From Octopus bimaculoides (lineage: Eukaryota), in NCBI RefSeq assembly GCF_001194135.2, contig NC_068994.1, positions 3,272,525 to 3,336,524 on the forward strand: a stretch of 64,000 bases of DNA, given 5' to 3'. The notes under the pieces were generated by a model that was not told the DNA's origin, made no database searches, and was given only the letters and a program-made list of their open reading frames with translations. This document shows, piece after piece, positions 62,499 to 64,000 of this stretch; the stretch's first letter is position 1, and each line of letters starts with the position of its first letter. Made by a program: the position numbers and the translations under genes.

Positions 62499-63054
62499 TA
62501 TATATGGGGGCATCTTTTAAGCACCTAGGACCTCTATGGGTCTTAATCTGGCCCTGGTTTGCACTGAATACACCATATAGAATTTCTACATGCCAAAGCC
62601 GACAAAAGAGTTTACCATCTATCAAACCATCCATCCCATGCCAGCATGGAAGACAACAGAGGATAAATGTTGCTGCTGCTGACAATTGATGATTGATAAT
62701 AGATCTCTGGAGTTAAACAATATTGCCGGGATCACGATTTTAGCTGATGATAAAACATCCAAGGGAAGCAACTCCTACTCAAAGTAGCTTCCTTTTCCCA
62801 GTACGGTGTGTGATTACCTTTTCCTTGTGGCTGAATGTGCAGCGATATACAGCTACCTTGCATGTGTAGCATACAGCTGTATTTTTCATCAAAATATTGG
62901 TCGCAGGCTGTGGCAATGGAGAGCTGAAAACACTTTGGAGGCTACGTTATCTGACTTTAGTGACTGATCAAAAGTGTAAGCTTAGAGACATGTTAGAAAA
63001 ACAAAATTGGTCGCGACTGGAATGAATAGATTTACAAGTCTATTTGGTAGCTAC

Positions 63055-63480
63055 CACCTCAGCAGGGGTAGCCAGGACACCTGTGAATGGCCTACATTTT
63101 AGTAGAGGCACGATGGAAACCGGTCCATAATCTGCACCTCATCAGAAGTAACAGGGATAGGCGTTGGTTGCTTACAACTCAGCTGAGATGAGTCAGTTGT
63201 CTATGCTTCTGAAGGGTTAACTGGGACACCTCTTGGTAACCTACACCCTAGCGAGGAGGCGGGAGAGTAGCTAAGACACCTATCAGCAACCTACATCTAA
63301 GAAAAGGCTTCTGGGTCAACTATGGATATCCCAAAACCCAGCAGAGATGGCTGTAATACCTGTGGGAAGCTGGGACAGCTGTGAATAACAATCACATCAG
63401 CAGAAGTAACCTTTGGGTTGGTGGGACACCTGTTAATAACCCATAACTGAGTAAGGTACCTAGTACCCCTATGGGTAGGC
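63055..63480. repeat. Highly diverged 40-50 bp tandem repeat
   Basis: Recurrent CTCAGCAGAGG..TAGCTGGGACACCTGTGAATAACCTACAT-like unit. Confidence 0.5.
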
Positions 63481-64000
63481 TAAACCTCGAGAGATATAGT
63501 GGATACAACAGTGGTTGGCCATTACCTTCCTGGCTGATCAAATGAAGTACCAGTCAAATTATGGGGTTGATGTCATTTACTAAAGTGGAATTTGAACTCA
63601 AAACGTAAAGACAGAAATTACCTCTAAGCATTTCACCCAACATGCTAATGATTCTATGAGCTTGCTGCCTGTGATTGGAATAAAACCTATAATTGCAATG
63701 AACAGGTGAGAATCTGAATTGGCAACAAATAATCTAAGAAGATATGTGAGAGTAAAAGATAAATAGAAGTTATTGAGGGGAAAGGAACTTATCTGAGGTT
63801 TGGGGATAAAAAAAATTCATTGTGGGAGGTAAGAGACAGTCGTGTTGTAGTAATCCAAGTTTGTCTTTATTAATTTGGTGTTTGGAGTTTTTTTTCATGA
63901 AATCATAACGAGTTTCAAATTAAAGGATCTGTATCACAGCCGGGATTATTAGTCAGGTGATTGAAAAGGTATTAAATAAAACATGAAGACATCTTAAAGA

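Overview
AT-rich, microsatellite- and transposon-dense metazoan scaffold with six N gaps (13492-13964, 15050-15363, 16159-16341, 29201-29384, 32887-32939, 38589-38789). The SINE families, mariner family and clustered zinc-finger genes suggest an octopus or other coleoid cephalopod (inference, not searched). The window holds a cluster of four C2H2 zinc-finger genes, each with its CDS in one exon: ZF1 (7355-8812, -, 8 fingers, polyQ/H), ZF2 (21241-23562, +, 11 canonical plus 2 atypical fingers, almost all with the helix QRANL), ZF3 (47764-49077, +, 23 x 9-aa Q/N/Cys repeat plus 6 fingers) and ZF4 (59159-59770, +, 6 fingers, paralogous to ZF3). Between them lie tRNA-derived SINEs, RTE and CR1-type LINE relics, Tc1/mariner/pogo/hAT relics and a Penelope-like hotspot (30.6-33.3 kb). 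Most notable: (1) an uninterrupted mariner ORF whose catalytic Asp-to-Gly change creates a consensus 5' splice site in phase with an acceptor 2 nt before the ZF4 ATG, downstream of a duplicated ZF4 promoter/first-exon block, i.e. a candidate transposase-DBD/zinc-finger fusion gene; (2) a type I hammerhead ribozyme with an intact core inside a fold-back Penelope-type insert; (3) ZF2, predicted to read (NAA)n repeats; (4) the Cys-periodic repeat of ZF3. All splicing and binding claims are unverified inferences from sequence.
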